Shown here: in pieces, positions 19,513-28,793 of the stretch | How positions within the stretch are numbered: the stretch's first letter is position 1 | How the letters are laid out: every line of letters starts with the position of its first letter | IMG/VR virus record: IMGVR_UViG_3300045988_110023 | Coordinates: 26,739 to 90,738 of that record | Length of the DNA: 64,000 nucleotides | Direction: 5' to 3' (one strand) | Source: a virus | Position numbers and translations under genes: made by a program | The notes under the pieces: generated by a model | Seen by the model: the letters and a program-made list of their open reading frames with translations, nothing else | Told to the model about the DNA's origin: nothing | The model's database searches: none

Positions 19513-19794
19513 CTATAATTCTTCTTTTTCAAATTCACTCTTTGGGACACGATAACAAACTTCTGCACCATAAGAACGTTTTACGCCTTTTAAGGGCATT
19601 AACCTTTCTAGAATATTATGTACCTTAGTGCCTTTTCTAACACTAATAGATATATAATCATATCCATAATTTGCTAGTAATGGCGAGTTGTTTGCCATAT
19701 ACACCTTGCCATTTTTACCAAGATTACTATGATTTCTTGCAGGCTGGTAGTACAACCCGCTAGCCTTATGCTTGATTCTGTAAGGTTTTGCCAT
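19513..19794 (-). CDS. Hypothetical protein
   Basis: 93-aa ORF, tightly packed. Confidence 0.65.
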   Translation of the reverse strand: MAKPYRIKHKASGLYYQPARNHSNLGKNGKVYMANNSPLLANYGYDYISISVRKGTKVHNILERLMPLKGVKRSYGAEVCYRVPKSEFEKEEL

Positions 19795-19796
19795 AA

Positions 19797-20093
19797 CTAC
19801 TTACTTTTAAGTTCTTCAATTCTTTTATCACAATTCTTTATCATTCGTCTGAAGAAATTTTTTCTCTTCTCCATGACGAAGATTCGGTCGTACTTACCAA
19901 CATAATAATCTCCTGACAAGAGGTCATCAATGTGTATTCGTACAACGTCTTGCGACCAATTATCTATAAATAGATAATAGGTTTCACGATTAGGGTGTAC
20001 CATAAGGTACTCGTAGAAGTGGAAATTATCATTTTTAATAAATGTCACTCCGCAACCTTTTGTTAACTGACTTATGTCTTTTAATACTTCCAT
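19797..20093 (-). CDS. Hypothetical protein
   Basis: 98-aa ORF, tightly packed. Confidence 0.65.
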   Translation of the reverse strand: MEVLKDISQLTKGCGVTFIKNDNFHFYEYLMVHPNRETYYLFIDNWSQDVVRIHIDDLLSGDYYVGKYDRIFVMEKRKNFFRRMIKNCDKRIEELKSK

Positions 20094-20095
20094 AT

Positions 20096-20311
20096 CTATT
20101 TCTCCTTTGCTTTAACGTTATACACTCCATCAATGACTTCCACTTCATAACAATCTGGACAATAGTGTTTACCATCTATCATTTCCCAGTCTGAGTAGTC
20201 ACCAATATCGACTTCTTTGTTGCTGAATAGTGCAGAGCAAGTATCTGTGCCACCAAACACTTCTCCGCATCTATCACAGACAATCTGATACATTGTAATC
20301 GGTCTATACAT
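20096..20311 (-). CDS. Zinc-ribbon protein, paralogue of 24241-24498
   Basis: TMYQIVCDRCGEVF...W..IDGKHYCPDCY. The same CxxC...CPDC pattern occurs in 24241-24498. Confidence 0.65.
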   Translation of the reverse strand: MYRPITMYQIVCDRCGEVFGGTDTCSALFSNKEVDIGDYSDWEMIDGKHYCPDCYEVEVIDGVYNVKAKEK

Positions 20312-20314
20312 AAG

Positions 20315-20464
20315 CTATTCTTTCTTCCCGTATAAAAGTTCAACACTCTTTCTTAGCACTGCCTCTATATGGTCTCTTTCGAGGTCTCTAGGCTGTCTAA
20401 GAAGCCATTCTATATCTCCGTCTATCAATTCTTGATAGGCTTCCTTACATATTTGCATGCTCAT
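20315..20464 (-). CDS. Small hypothetical protein (49 aa), not in the ORF track
   Basis: MSMQICKEAYQELIDGDIEWLLRQPRDLERDHIEAVLRKSVELLYGKKE. It ends in a TAGCTTATG junction. Confidence 0.45.
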   Translation of the reverse strand: MSMQICKEAYQELIDGDIEWLLRQPRDLERDHIEAVLRKSVELLYGKKE

Positions 20465-20466
20465 AT

Positions 20467-20565
20467 TTATCTCTTCCAATATTTACCAATTAAATAACCG
20501 ATAACTCCACCCATAAAAGCTGTAAATAGAACAACTATGGTAAGTACAACATAAAATCCAAACAT
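20467..20565 (-). CDS. Small single-pass membrane peptide (32 aa), not in the ORF track
   Basis: MFGFYVVLTIVVLFTAFMGGVIGYLIGKYWKR. The start lies in a TAGCTTATG junction. Confidence 0.4.
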   Translation of the reverse strand: MFGFYVVLTIVVLFTAFMGGVIGYLIGKYWKR

Positions 20566-20568
20566 AAG

Positions 20569-20772
20569 CTATTCTTCTTTAAGTTCTACCGGCTCATCGC
20601 TCCAAGACAATTCTCTTCCGATGAGCTTCTTAACGCTTCCATGCGGAAGAACCATTTTATCACCCCACCATTCTCCATGTTTCTCACATCTTTTTGGTTT
20701 ATACCAAAAAGCTTTTTCTATACCATCATAATCAACGGCAAGCCATATACTATAATTTTTAGGTAGTGCCAT
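20569..20772 (-). CDS. Hypothetical protein
   Basis: 67-aa ORF. Confidence 0.6.
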   Translation of the reverse strand: MALPKNYSIWLAVDYDGIEKAFWYKPKRCEKHGEWWGDKMVLPHGSVKKLIGRELSWSDEPVELKEE

Positions 20773-20779
20773 AACAATA

Positions 20780-21121
20780 TTATTTTAGATTAAACTGCTT
20801 TGATAAGAATGAATCATTCTTTATCAAGTTGATAATTTCTCCTTCTGTATGAATGCCTTTCCAAAACAGTTCGGTATGATCACCAACTCTGTCTTCATCT
20901 ACAGAGAACGGAACACCATAATTTGTATAAACCTCTCCGTGATGTTTGATAACGTGGCGACCAGGATTCTTTCGGATATTATTTATACAAGTTTCATTAT
21001 CGCATTCGCACCATATCTCATACTCTGCCCCTGTCAGCGTTTTGTCAATACCAATAGGATAATGCCCGGAACACCCATTTGTTCCAAAGTAAATTATTTC
21101 TGCCATATTCTTTTCTTTCAC
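20780..21121 (-). CDS. Hypothetical protein
   Basis: 113-aa ORF. An alternative start is M6 at 21106. Confidence 0.65.
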   Translation of the reverse strand: MKEKNMAEIIYFGTNGCSGHYPIGIDKTLTGAEYEIWCECDNETCINNIRKNPGRHVIKHHGEVYTNYGVPFSVDEDRVGDHTELFWKGIHTEGEIINLIKNDSFLSKQFNLK

Positions 21122-21151
21122 CCTCTCCCTTTTACAGGAGAGGGTGGTTAG

Positions 21152-21664
21152 TTAATCTGTTGCAACTTCCCAATCTTCCGCAAACACATCAGATGAAGAA
21201 GGAACCCATGAATCAGCCCTACCATCCGGATTGATAATCAACATTTGGTTGGTATAATCAATGTGGGGATTCTCACGCTTCATCAGAATGTCCTTAGCAA
21301 TCTGTGGCAATGACTGCATCTTAGGAATGATGTCACCTGTAATGTGTGAAGGAACCTGCTTCACGATAAACAACCCCTTACCATTCCATCCCTTGCGTCT
21401 TACCGCAAGACCAGCCTTCAACAAGTTAATAGCTCCGCCGAAGTTAACAGATCCTACTTCACGATAGGCTTTCTCAAACACACTCTTTGGAGACCAAGAC
21501 TTATATCCGTTATCATACTCTACTAAGTAGCCATCTTCCTCATCGGTTGCTGGCTTAATTTCTCTACCAAGCACTTTCTGTGCTTCTGTCATAGTCATGG
21601 GCTCTGCCATAATGACCTTTGTACCAATAAACTTTTTCATAATTACTTTATATTTATATCCCAT
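21152..21664 (-). CDS. Protein with a DUF2829-like domain (second copy in the window)
   Basis: 170 aa. The central FGGAINLLKAGLAVRRKGWNGKGLFIVKQ matches the DUF2829 pattern. Confidence 0.55.
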   Translation of the reverse strand: MGYKYKVIMKKFIGTKVIMAEPMTMTEAQKVLGREIKPATDEEDGYLVEYDNGYKSWSPKSVFEKAYREVGSVNFGGAINLLKAGLAVRRKGWNGKGLFIVKQVPSHITGDIIPKMQSLPQIAKDILMKRENPHIDYTNQMLIINPDGRADSWVPSSSDVFAEDWEVATD

Positions 21665-21680
21665 AAGGGATGGTTACTTA

Positions 21681-21980
21681 CTAAGGATGAGTAGGCATTT
21701 TCATCCAATGCGTTGGCATATTTGGCTTTGCAAACTGCTTATGGTATGCGTCCATTCCTGGAATACCTGAGACACCTTTGTAGTAGTCGTCTCCTTCTTC
21801 ATAGCATGTATCATAGCAATCCTGCTCGTTATTCCAAGTTGCAGATACAAAACCATCGTCTTGCATAAAACCTACCCGTGTTCCATTAGGATTAAAATCC
21901 TCATCAATCCACTTTTCGTTAAAGGCAATCACCTCTTCTCCAAAAGGGATTTCTACTTCTGATACTTTATTCCATTCCAT
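21681..21980 (-). CDS. Hypothetical protein
   Basis: 99-aa ORF. Confidence 0.65.
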   Translation of the reverse strand: MEWNKVSEVEIPFGEEVIAFNEKWIDEDFNPNGTRVGFMQDDGFVSATWNNEQDCYDTCYEEGDDYYKGVSGIPGMDAYHKQFAKPNMPTHWMKMPTHP

Positions 21981-21990
21981 ACTCTATAAT

Positions 21991-22257
21991 TTAAATTTCA
22001 CTAATTTGTTTCTTAATGCTCTCTATTTCTCCTTTTACTTCAAGACGTATGATGTTTTCATACTTTGCCAAAATATCTTTTATAGGAGACAAATCTTCAG
22101 AGCTACAGAGTTTATTATCTCCCCAACCATCCTGATTATGATAGTAAGAAAGATGAGTATCATTATTATCTAATATATGATATACCCTTTTTAATTCTTT
22201 TAATTTCTTATCAAGAGAAATAACTTGTTGATATTGTTCTTCTGTCATATTATTCAC
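21991..22257 (-). CDS. Hypothetical protein
   Basis: 88-aa ORF. Confidence 0.65.
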   Translation of the reverse strand: MNNMTEEQYQQVISLDKKLKELKRVYHILDNNDTHLSYYHNQDGWGDNKLCSSEDLSPIKDILAKYENIIRLEVKGEIESIKKQISEI

Positions 22258-22282
22258 ATTTATGTCCTATAAGGACAGTTAA

Positions 22283-22903
22283 TTACTCTGTTACTTTCTT
22301 TATGCTTTCTGAAAATGTTTTGAGCCATTTGGTATCCTTTTCGGCAGCAACTACAGATTTATTATACTGCTCCAAATTATACTTCATAGACTCTATTAAA
22401 TCAGTGCGATTAGTTTGTTTTTGAATCCACTCATCTTTAGGGATGATATTCTCCACATAAACATGGCTGCAATCAAAATCTAAACTATCAATTAATTGAC
22501 TTTCCATAAAGTCCTTAACACCCTCGTATTCTTTGGATGGTGGAGTCCATCTTCTAACTTTGGATAGCATTGCATTGTATCTGTTTTTGAGAGCTTCATT
22601 CTCTTTCAATCTATCCTCATTTCCCTTGATTACATCATTAACATAAGAAAGATACTCAGCTTCAAGTTCTTCCTTTGTCTTAGGGGATGCAAGGTGCTTC
22701 TCGTACTCAGCTTTTGCCTCTTCGTATTTCTTTTTATAGTAATCACTAGGACATATCTTGTCAGGAATTTCGAATCTACTAAGGTTAGGATATTTCCCTT
22801 CAAATCTTAGGTAGATACCGAAGTTACGCAAGCAACTATTTGCAAATTGCTCAAATGTTATATCTTCACCATCATATATTGGTGCTGTAAATCCTGTTGG
22901 CAT
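22283..22903 (-). CDS. Hypothetical protein
   Basis: 206-aa ORF. Confidence 0.7.
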   Translation of the reverse strand: MPTGFTAPIYDGEDITFEQFANSCLRNFGIYLRFEGKYPNLSRFEIPDKICPSDYYKKKYEEAKAEYEKHLASPKTKEELEAEYLSYVNDVIKGNEDRLKENEALKNRYNAMLSKVRRWTPPSKEYEGVKDFMESQLIDSLDFDCSHVYVENIIPKDEWIQKQTNRTDLIESMKYNLEQYNKSVVAAEKDTKWLKTFSESIKKVTE

Positions 22904-22907
22904 ATCA

Positions 22908-23435
22908 TTATATTTTTAAGTTACTATCTATATGCAAGGCATATAATAAATGTTGGAGTTCGTGAACATAGGTAAATTCAAAATGGAAATAGTGATTACA
23001 TTCATTTATATAGTTCCAATCTCTAAGATTTTCACATTGACTGATTTGTAAGTCGCCATAAGTCACTCTATCAAGCTCGTCCAATTTGTCATCTAGTTCC
23101 TTGGAAAACTGATAGCCACGCTCTTCACTGCCAGCGTAAAACCAGCTTATGGATTTATTCCATCCATTCTTCTCCAAAATTGCGGGCACAAGATTAATAG
23201 GAACAATATCCTTAACCCAAGCACAGCAGTCACCTGAGAGATAGCCTTTATCTCCAAATTCCGCACCTTCGATGTTCTCTAAGCAGACAACACCTTTCAG
23301 AACCGTTTCATCGTCTAACTTCAAAGTCTTTGATGGGTCAGATGATGTTACTCTGTAAACGACATTCTGTGCTGTACCTAGTGGTACTCCATTTGTCATC
23401 ACCAAATCTCCTGGAATGTATTCTAGTTTATCCAT
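22908..23435 (-). CDS. Hypothetical protein
   Basis: The start is placed at MDKLEY (ATG 23435), which lies in a TAAGCGTATG junction with the upstream stop. The ORF track extends to 23474. Confidence 0.65.
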   Translation of the reverse strand: MDKLEYIPGDLVMTNGVPLGTAQNVVYRVTSSDPSKTLKLDDETVLKGVVCLENIEGAEFGDKGYLSGDCCAWVKDIVPINLVPAILEKNGWNKSISWFYAGSEERGYQFSKELDDKLDELDRVTYGDLQISQCENLRDWNYINECNHYFHFEFTYVHELQHLLYALHIDSNLKI

Positions 23436-23439
23436 ACGC

Positions 23440-23982
23440 TTAGTCTTTACAATTAATGAAATCCTCATACTCACCTATCGTGATTTCCACGAAGTCTGGA
23501 TTTTGCTTTTCAGCTCTAATACTATCATCGAAGTAAACGAAAATGCGGTCTTTGTGACGTAAAAGCTGGGTGATGGAGAATCGGCTGACGTGCGGAACTT
23601 CGATATTCAGTTCCTTCAATATCTTGAAATGATGAGTAAAGGATTTATATGATGTAAGTACTGCTGCTATTGCCTTACCTTGCTTACTACGCTTGTTAGG
23701 CGCAATAGCTATATAGTAACCGTCCTCCAATTTTACACCGTCTACCTTCTTCCACACCTTCTTATCTAACGTATCGTAACGCTCAGAAAGAACCCATATA
23801 GCGGTAATCTCGTACTCTCTTGTGAGAGTTCTGTTAGGCTGATAGCCCTGATATTTTTCAAATTTGAAACCTACGGCTTCTTCTACTCTTTTCATGTAGG
23901 CTTGATGCTCTTCAAATTCTGCATCGAGAATACTCTTAATGTATCCATAAGCCTTACTTCCCTGTTTTGCTTCGTACAACAT
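23440..23982 (-). CDS. Hypothetical protein
   Basis: 180-aa ORF with start context AAGCGTATG. Confidence 0.7.
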   Translation of the reverse strand: MLYEAKQGSKAYGYIKSILDAEFEEHQAYMKRVEEAVGFKFEKYQGYQPNRTLTREYEITAIWVLSERYDTLDKKVWKKVDGVKLEDGYYIAIAPNKRSKQGKAIAAVLTSYKSFTHHFKILKELNIEVPHVSRFSITQLLRHKDRIFVYFDDSIRAEKQNPDFVEITIGEYEDFINCKD

Positions 23983-23987
23983 ACGCT

Positions 23988-24272
23988 TTACTTTTCAAGT
24001 TTCTCAATCAATACCTTAATCTCATTATATGCAAGAATATCTGTACTTCTACAGATGTTACCAATATTCTTCAACTCCATGATTATCTCATGATTTGTAG
24101 GCACACCATGCTTCTTTCTTACCCATTCAATGAACTCGGGAATTACAATATTAGTGCTTTCCAATGTCTTACCAACTCTGCCATTGTATGACAGAAGGTA
24201 GTAGTTCTTTCTTGTTAAGAACCACCACAAAGCAACTAACCTATATTTGATACTTAATAATTTCTGTTTCAT
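23988..24272 (-). CDS. Hypothetical protein with an N-terminal hydrophobic segment
   Basis: The start is placed at MKQKLL (24272). The ORF track extends to 24308. Confidence 0.55.
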   Translation of the reverse strand: MKQKLLSIKYRLVALWWFLTRKNYYLLSYNGRVGKTLESTNIVIPEFIEWVRKKHGVPTNHEIIMELKNIGNICRSTDILAYNEIKVLIEKLEK

Positions 24273-24498
24273 TTTCTTTCTCCTTTCTTTTTTTAGGAAC
24301 ATACTCATCTAACTCATCGTCAAACCCATAGCAGTCTGGGCAGTAGTGCTTATCGCCTATCTCTGCCCATTCGCTTTCCATTGCTTGCTCTTTTGCAGTT
24401 CCTTCGTCCAACCAAGCCCCAATGCCATTAAATTCATCAATGAATGTTTTTCCACATATGTCACAAACGACAGAGTACATAGTAACTGTCTTAATCAT
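24241..24498 (-). CDS. Zinc-ribbon protein, paralogue of 20096-20311
   Basis: The start at MIKTVTMYSVVCDICGKTF (24498) overlaps the upstream stop. Also contains ...WAEIGDKHYCPDCY. Confidence 0.6.
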   Translation of the reverse strand: MIKTVTMYSVVCDICGKTFIDEFNGIGAWLDEGTAKEQAMESEWAEIGDKHYCPDCYGFDDELDEYVPKKRKEKENETEIIKYQI

Positions 24499-24820
24499 GT
24501 TCACCTCCTTCCTTTGGAAATAATTCATCCACGTAGAGCCACTGAGTAATATCTAATGTCCAGTAATTTACCTGACCGCTAATATTATATGCTTCCCAAT
24601 ACACAATACTGTAGCCTCCATGTTTATATACAACTAATACAGGTCTTTCTTCTTCTGGTATATCTTTTGCAGGATGCAACAAGTCCTTCAGAAACTCATT
24701 GATAGCCCAATTTGCACCTTCTTTAAAGCCTTCTTCAATTAATAAGGCTTCTTGCTTATCACAATCCGTCACTTCGCTGTATCTTCTTGCAGCAGCTTCT
24801 ATTTTTTTGTCATCTATCAT
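24491..24820 (-). CDS. Hypothetical protein
   Basis: 109-aa ORF. Confidence 0.65.
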   Translation of the reverse strand: MIDDKKIEAAARRYSEVTDCDKQEALLIEEGFKEGANWAINEFLKDLLHPAKDIPEEERPVLVVYKHGGYSIVYWEAYNISGQVNYWTLDITQWLYVDELFPKEGGEHD

Positions 24821-25035
24821 AATCTACCCTTTCTTTTTCTAAGTTCTAACATTCTTCTAGTTCTGCGATTTTCCTTGCCACTAGGAGGATTGCCACCAAG
24901 CTTTACTTCTGGGATTTCATAATTCATATAGATGGAAGCTTCTTTATTGAGTGCCTTAACTACTTCTTTAGTCAAGGCTTCTTTAAGTGATACACCAGTT
25001 TGTGTTACAATTATCTTTGCAGCGTCTCTAATCAT
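24817..25035 (-). CDS. Hypothetical protein
   Basis: 72-aa ORF with a 4-nt overlap to the next gene. Confidence 0.6.
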   Translation of the reverse strand: MIRDAAKIIVTQTGVSLKEALTKEVVKALNKEASIYMNYEIPEVKLGGNPPSGKENRRTRRMLELRKRKGRL

Positions 25036-25038
25036 TGC

Positions 25039-25293
25039 TCACCTCCTTTCGTAATAAAGATTAAACCACACCTTGTTGCTATGCTTATCCTTATAAACAT
25101 TGCCTTCAAGGTCGAAATAAACTCGTTTCTTCTGATTGAACTTCTTCATCATTGGCTGATTATCTTTGTATGTAGTTACATCATACTCAACCAATGAAGA
25201 ACCACGTTCATTCTTTGTTGGAGGATAACCTGATTCACGTATGAAACGTACCTCTAATTCTTTATTTCCAATTTCAAAATTTGCTGTAGCCAT
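25039..25293 (-). CDS. Hypothetical protein
   Basis: 84-aa ORF. Confidence 0.6.
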   Translation of the reverse strand: MATANFEIGNKELEVRFIRESGYPPTKNERGSSLVEYDVTTYKDNQPMMKKFNQKKRVYFDLEGNVYKDKHSNKVWFNLYYERR

Positions 25294-25294
25294 G

Positions 25295-25480
25295 TTACTT
25301 CACTCTTTTAAATTGAACAGCCTTTCCGTCTTTTCTAGTGCTTGCGCTACAGTCAAAATCTCCGCAAACATTCTCATAGATATTGTTACATATCTCATCG
25401 AAAAAACAGCCATTACATTGTTCTTTCTCTGTCTTAACCACCTTCAAGACGATTTCCGAACCTATAGGTAAATCTTCCAT
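25295..25480 (-). CDS. Small Cys-rich protein
   Basis: 61 aa with CNGCFFDEICNNIYENVCGDFDCS. Start lies in a TAGCTTATG junction. Confidence 0.55.
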   Translation of the reverse strand: MEDLPIGSEIVLKVVKTEKEQCNGCFFDEICNNIYENVCGDFDCSASTRKDGKAVQFKRVK

Positions 25481-25483
25481 AAG

Positions 25484-25843
25484 CTATTGTTTTTTACGTT
25501 TTAATTCTTCCAAGTCGTGTTTCAAACGCTTATGAAAGCTATCTTCGCCATCATCGCCACTAAGTAACCAGTCAATGCGCTGTGCGTAAACCTCGGCTTT
25601 CTTTAGTAGAGCTATACCTTTCTTGAACTCCTTGATAGTTTCCTTAGAATACTCGCTACGATTAGGTATTGTATGATGATGCTTACGAACGTATTCTTTC
25701 TCGGAATCCTCTAACCAATGATCTTCAATATACCGATTTACGTCAAATTCATCATCAAGAGAATGTCCGTAGATTTCATCCTCTATTTCCGTGTATATGT
25801 CAGCAATTCTGTACTGAGCATAATCAAATGCGCCTCCACTCAT
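25484..25843 (-). CDS. Hypothetical protein
   Basis: 119-aa ORF. Confidence 0.65.
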   Translation of the reverse strand: MSGGAFDYAQYRIADIYTEIEDEIYGHSLDDEFDVNRYIEDHWLEDSEKEYVRKHHHTIPNRSEYSKETIKEFKKGIALLKKAEVYAQRIDWLLSGDDGEDSFHKRLKHDLEELKRKKQ

Positions 25844-25844
25844 A

Positions 25845-26729
25845 CTATTCTGTTCTTTTTAGTTTAAGTTGTCTCATTTTTGCCTTTACTGCACCAACAG
25901 ATCGTCCTAGAGCCTTTGCAAGTTCTTCATCAGACATCTTATCAAAGTTGCGTGACAGGAAGTTAACCTGGATGCCGTTCCAAGGGAGGAATGCGTTATT
26001 CTGGTGTTCTTCACCATGATAGTCAACGCCATTGAGCTTCAGTCCTTCGTCGGCAGCGTTGTCTATCCTTTCCGGATTGCATACCTTCATTGCAACCACC
26101 TGCAAAGCCCTGTAAATCTGACCGCCTTCCTTGAAGTATTCAGCATCCTTGTCCGGTATGAGGATCCTGGCAACCTCTCTCATCGAGGCATACATACCAT
26201 ACATAGACTGTATGAATTCTCCGCAAGGTCTTATGCTGCCGGAACTGATGCCACGTTCACTCATAACGTCATCAAACTTCGTACACATATCGTGCAGCAT
26301 GATTGACAGGTTGTAGGCTACGCATGCATACGCCTGAAGCTTGTGTTCCTTGATGTTGTTTTTCAGAAGAATGTTGTCGGTCGTATAGAAGAGTCTCTGT
26401 ATGTCAATCTTCAGGTCTTCCTCCATGATGTCCGTAATATCAAGCCAGAGCTCGTACTGAGAAATCTCAGTGGTATACTTCTTGAATATACCTATAAGAG
26501 TCTCAGAACGGGAGAATGCCTCCTTTATGCGATACTTAAGCTCATGCTTAAACAGGTCCTTCCTCTCGCTGAGATTGTCGTGCAAGTCTTTGATTGCCGT
26601 CTGTGTGATTGTAGCGAGAGAACCGATAATGAGGTAATAGAGCGAAGTGATATGGTCTACTGTTTCCCTGTCCGGCTCCTTGTAGTTGATGAAGAATGCT
26701 CCTTTTGGTGTGAAATTATATGCCGACAT
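25845..26729 (-). CDS. Hypothetical protein with a C-terminal HTH-like tail
   Basis: The start is placed at MSAYNF (26729), 2 nt after the upstream TAG. The C-terminus is MSDEELAKALGRSVGAVKAKMRQLKLKR. Confidence 0.65.
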   Translation of the reverse strand: MSAYNFTPKGAFFINYKEPDRETVDHITSLYYLIIGSLATITQTAIKDLHDNLSERKDLFKHELKYRIKEAFSRSETLIGIFKKYTTEISQYELWLDITDIMEEDLKIDIQRLFYTTDNILLKNNIKEHKLQAYACVAYNLSIMLHDMCTKFDDVMSERGISSGSIRPCGEFIQSMYGMYASMREVARILIPDKDAEYFKEGGQIYRALQVVAMKVCNPERIDNAADEGLKLNGVDYHGEEHQNNAFLPWNGIQVNFLSRNFDKMSDEELAKALGRSVGAVKAKMRQLKLKRTE

Positions 26730-26731
26730 TC

Positions 26732-26890
26732 CTACACCTCCTTCTTTACTGCCAATGCGCAACTGATACAGAAGAGCATCAGTAGCGAAAGGAAAATATG
26801 TTCAACCATGAAGCAGGCAAACCCGTAACCTGCGATGAGAGCTACAATAACGAGCAGGATCATCACTATTGTATGTTTGTATTTCTTCAT
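26732..26890 (-). CDS. Small membrane protein
   Basis: The start is placed at MKKYKH (26890). Two hydrophobic helices. Confidence 0.5.
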   Translation of the reverse strand: MKKYKHTIVMILLVIVALIAGYGFACFMVEHIFLSLLMLFCISCALAVKKEV

Positions 26891-26891
26891 A

Positions 26892-27179
26892 TTACTTTGA
26901 TTTAATGTTTCCGTATGCAGCCACATAGCTATCAAGCTGCTGTGTTACGTGAACTAGTTTTTGATTGTAGTTATCTCGTTCAGCCCTAGCCTTAGAGATA
27001 AAGATAAAGCTAACGATGAACGAGATTACTACCGTTATCATGATGAACATCCAAGGCAGCTTGTGTACTGCCTTATTGATTACTCTTCCTAGGTTTCTCA
27101 CAATAACCCAGGAGTAGATCCAGATGAACACTACCGCTTGCTTTGTGGTAGCATTCTCGATACGTTCTTTCTGTGTCAT
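26892..27179 (-). CDS. Membrane protein
   Basis: 95 aa with two TM-like helices. Start context AGAATTATG. Confidence 0.6.
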   Translation of the reverse strand: MTQKERIENATTKQAVVFIWIYSWVIVRNLGRVINKAVHKLPWMFIMITVVISFIVSFIFISKARAERDNYNQKLVHVTQQLDSYVAAYGNIKSK

Positions 27180-27190
27180 AATTCTAAAAT

Positions 27191-27295
27191 TTACTTGGTC
27201 CGGTTGAACCAGTTATCGGTAGATTGCCAATAACCGGCTAACCATATTTCTTTCTTTGTCGCATCAGGATGCTCACTGAGCCATTCCTCTGCCAT
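27191..27295 (-). CDS. Small hypothetical protein (34 aa), not in the ORF track
   Basis: MAEEWLSEHPDATKKEIWLAGYWQSTDNWFNRTK. It fills the gap between two genes. Confidence 0.35.
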   Translation of the reverse strand: MAEEWLSEHPDATKKEIWLAGYWQSTDNWFNRTK

Positions 27296-27296
27296 T

Positions 27297-27962
27297 TTAC
27301 TTACGTCTGCCATTTTTGTCTCGTTTTGATTCTTTTTCAAGTTTTTGTTTTAGCTTTTCAAGAGGGGATTCTTTCGGATCCACACCATTTAAGCGACAAT
27401 GTTCTTCGTAGGATATTGCTTTTCTTCTAGATTCCTCATCTTCTTTCTTTTGTTTCTCAGCTAACTTTTGAGAATCAATTTCGGCTCTCTTTTCGTAAAG
27501 CTTACACATGTATTTTTCGAGAGCAATAAAAAGTTTTTGAGGATTCACTGTCTTTCCTACATAGATTTCGCCATACTCACCCATAGAAAACTCGTAGAAG
27601 AATCTAGTAAGCTCACTAGGCGTAAGGTGATAGTATTCTTGTCTGATACGCTGTGCCATAGCCTTGAACTGGTAAGGAGTAGTTGCTTCGATAGCTCCAA
27701 TAACCATAAACAAGTCGATGAGCATTATCTTAATCCAGAACTCGCTTGCGCCATCTTTGAAGTACTTATCAATACTAACAAACGACATACCGCCCCTAGC
27801 TACAGAATCATATACAGATGTAATTGCATCTGTTCGATTTTGCAGGGTAGGATATTTGTCCAGGAATAGCGCATATTGTCCGCCGTATTTTTCCACCGCT
27901 TGCTTGCATTCAGTCGGCAAGGATTGAACTAATTTTGTTGAAAGTTCGTTGCTGTTGTTCAT
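27297..27962 (-). CDS. Hypothetical protein
   Basis: 221-aa ORF. Its 5' end overlaps the upstream gene by 53 nt. Confidence 0.7.
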   Translation of the reverse strand: MNNSNELSTKLVQSLPTECKQAVEKYGGQYALFLDKYPTLQNRTDAITSVYDSVARGGMSFVSIDKYFKDGASEFWIKIMLIDLFMVIGAIEATTPYQFKAMAQRIRQEYYHLTPSELTRFFYEFSMGEYGEIYVGKTVNPQKLFIALEKYMCKLYEKRAEIDSQKLAEKQKKEDEESRRKAISYEEHCRLNGVDPKESPLEKLKQKLEKESKRDKNGRRK

Positions 27963-28317
27963 AACTGTTTACACCATTGTTTTTAGGAGCGTACAACCCG
28001 GAATAGTTGTTTCCCATAGAATGCTCAACGATAACCTTTGCGTATTCAGGATTTCCGCCCGACATCTTTAAAAGCTTCTTTTTAAGAGCCGCGAGTCCAC
28101 GAGGTTGATATTTCTGCCGTTTCTCTTTCTTGTAAGCAAGCCACATATCGAGAGCTTCCTGGCAAGGGTAAATCTCCTCCTGTTGCACTTCTTCCTCAAA
28201 GTCTGATAAATCGTTGCCTAACGAGAACGCAGCACCCATACAAAAGATTTTCTGTTTCTCTGCGTCATTAGGAAACAACTCGCTAGACTTCTGACGTATA
28301 TTAGTTGGTAACATCAT
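27910..28317 (-). CDS. Hypothetical protein
   Basis: 135-aa ORF with start in a TAGCTTATGATG junction. Confidence 0.6.
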   Translation of the reverse strand: MMLPTNIRQKSSELFPNDAEKQKIFCMGAAFSLGNDLSDFEEEVQQEEIYPCQEALDMWLAYKKEKRQKYQPRGLAALKKKLLKMSGGNPEYAKVIVEHSMGNNYSGLYAPKNNGVNSYEQQQRTFNKISSILAD

Positions 28318-28320
28318 AAG

Positions 28321-28761
28321 CTATTGTATGTAATTTTGTTGTCTTTCTATATCATGCTGAATATGCAGTAGTGCGATATATTCATCAGAATCAGGAAAAT
28401 CAAATCCAGCTTCTTCTTTTGCCCATACTTTGAAATCAGAAATTGATTTGCTCATTTCGTCTTTCGTAAGGTCGGCAGAAGAACGGAGATACTTATAGCA
28501 TTCTCCCGTGAATTTATCAATCCCTTCTCTGAGGAACATATCTTTGTTCACTACCAGCTTATAGAAATGCGTCTTAACTTCGTCTAGAGTGTAGCCGTAT
28601 TGGAGACCGAATGCAGATAGGAGCAAATGAAGATAGGCATTCTGCTTCAAAGAACGTCCACGTTTTTCTTTCAGCTCTACCATCGCGCCTTTGTTCTCCA
28701 ACTCGGCTACTTTTTTCCTAAACGTTTCAAGTTCAAACACATTTTTCAGGTTGAACCACAT
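28321..28761 (-). CDS. NinB/Orf-like recombination mediator (tentative)
   Basis: 146 aa. KRGRSLKQNAYLHLLL resembles the RSLDQNRKLWA core of lambda Orf/NinB. It sits next to the SSB and recombinase genes. Confidence 0.45.
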   Translation of the reverse strand: MWFNLKNVFELETFRKKVAELENKGAMVELKEKRGRSLKQNAYLHLLLSAFGLQYGYTLDEVKTHFYKLVVNKDMFLREGIDKFTGECYKYLRSSADLTKDEMSKSISDFKVWAKEEAGFDFPDSDEYIALLHIQHDIERQQNYIQ

Positions 28762-28793
28762 AAGCGTTGAATGCTCGTTTGATTAATTCTACA

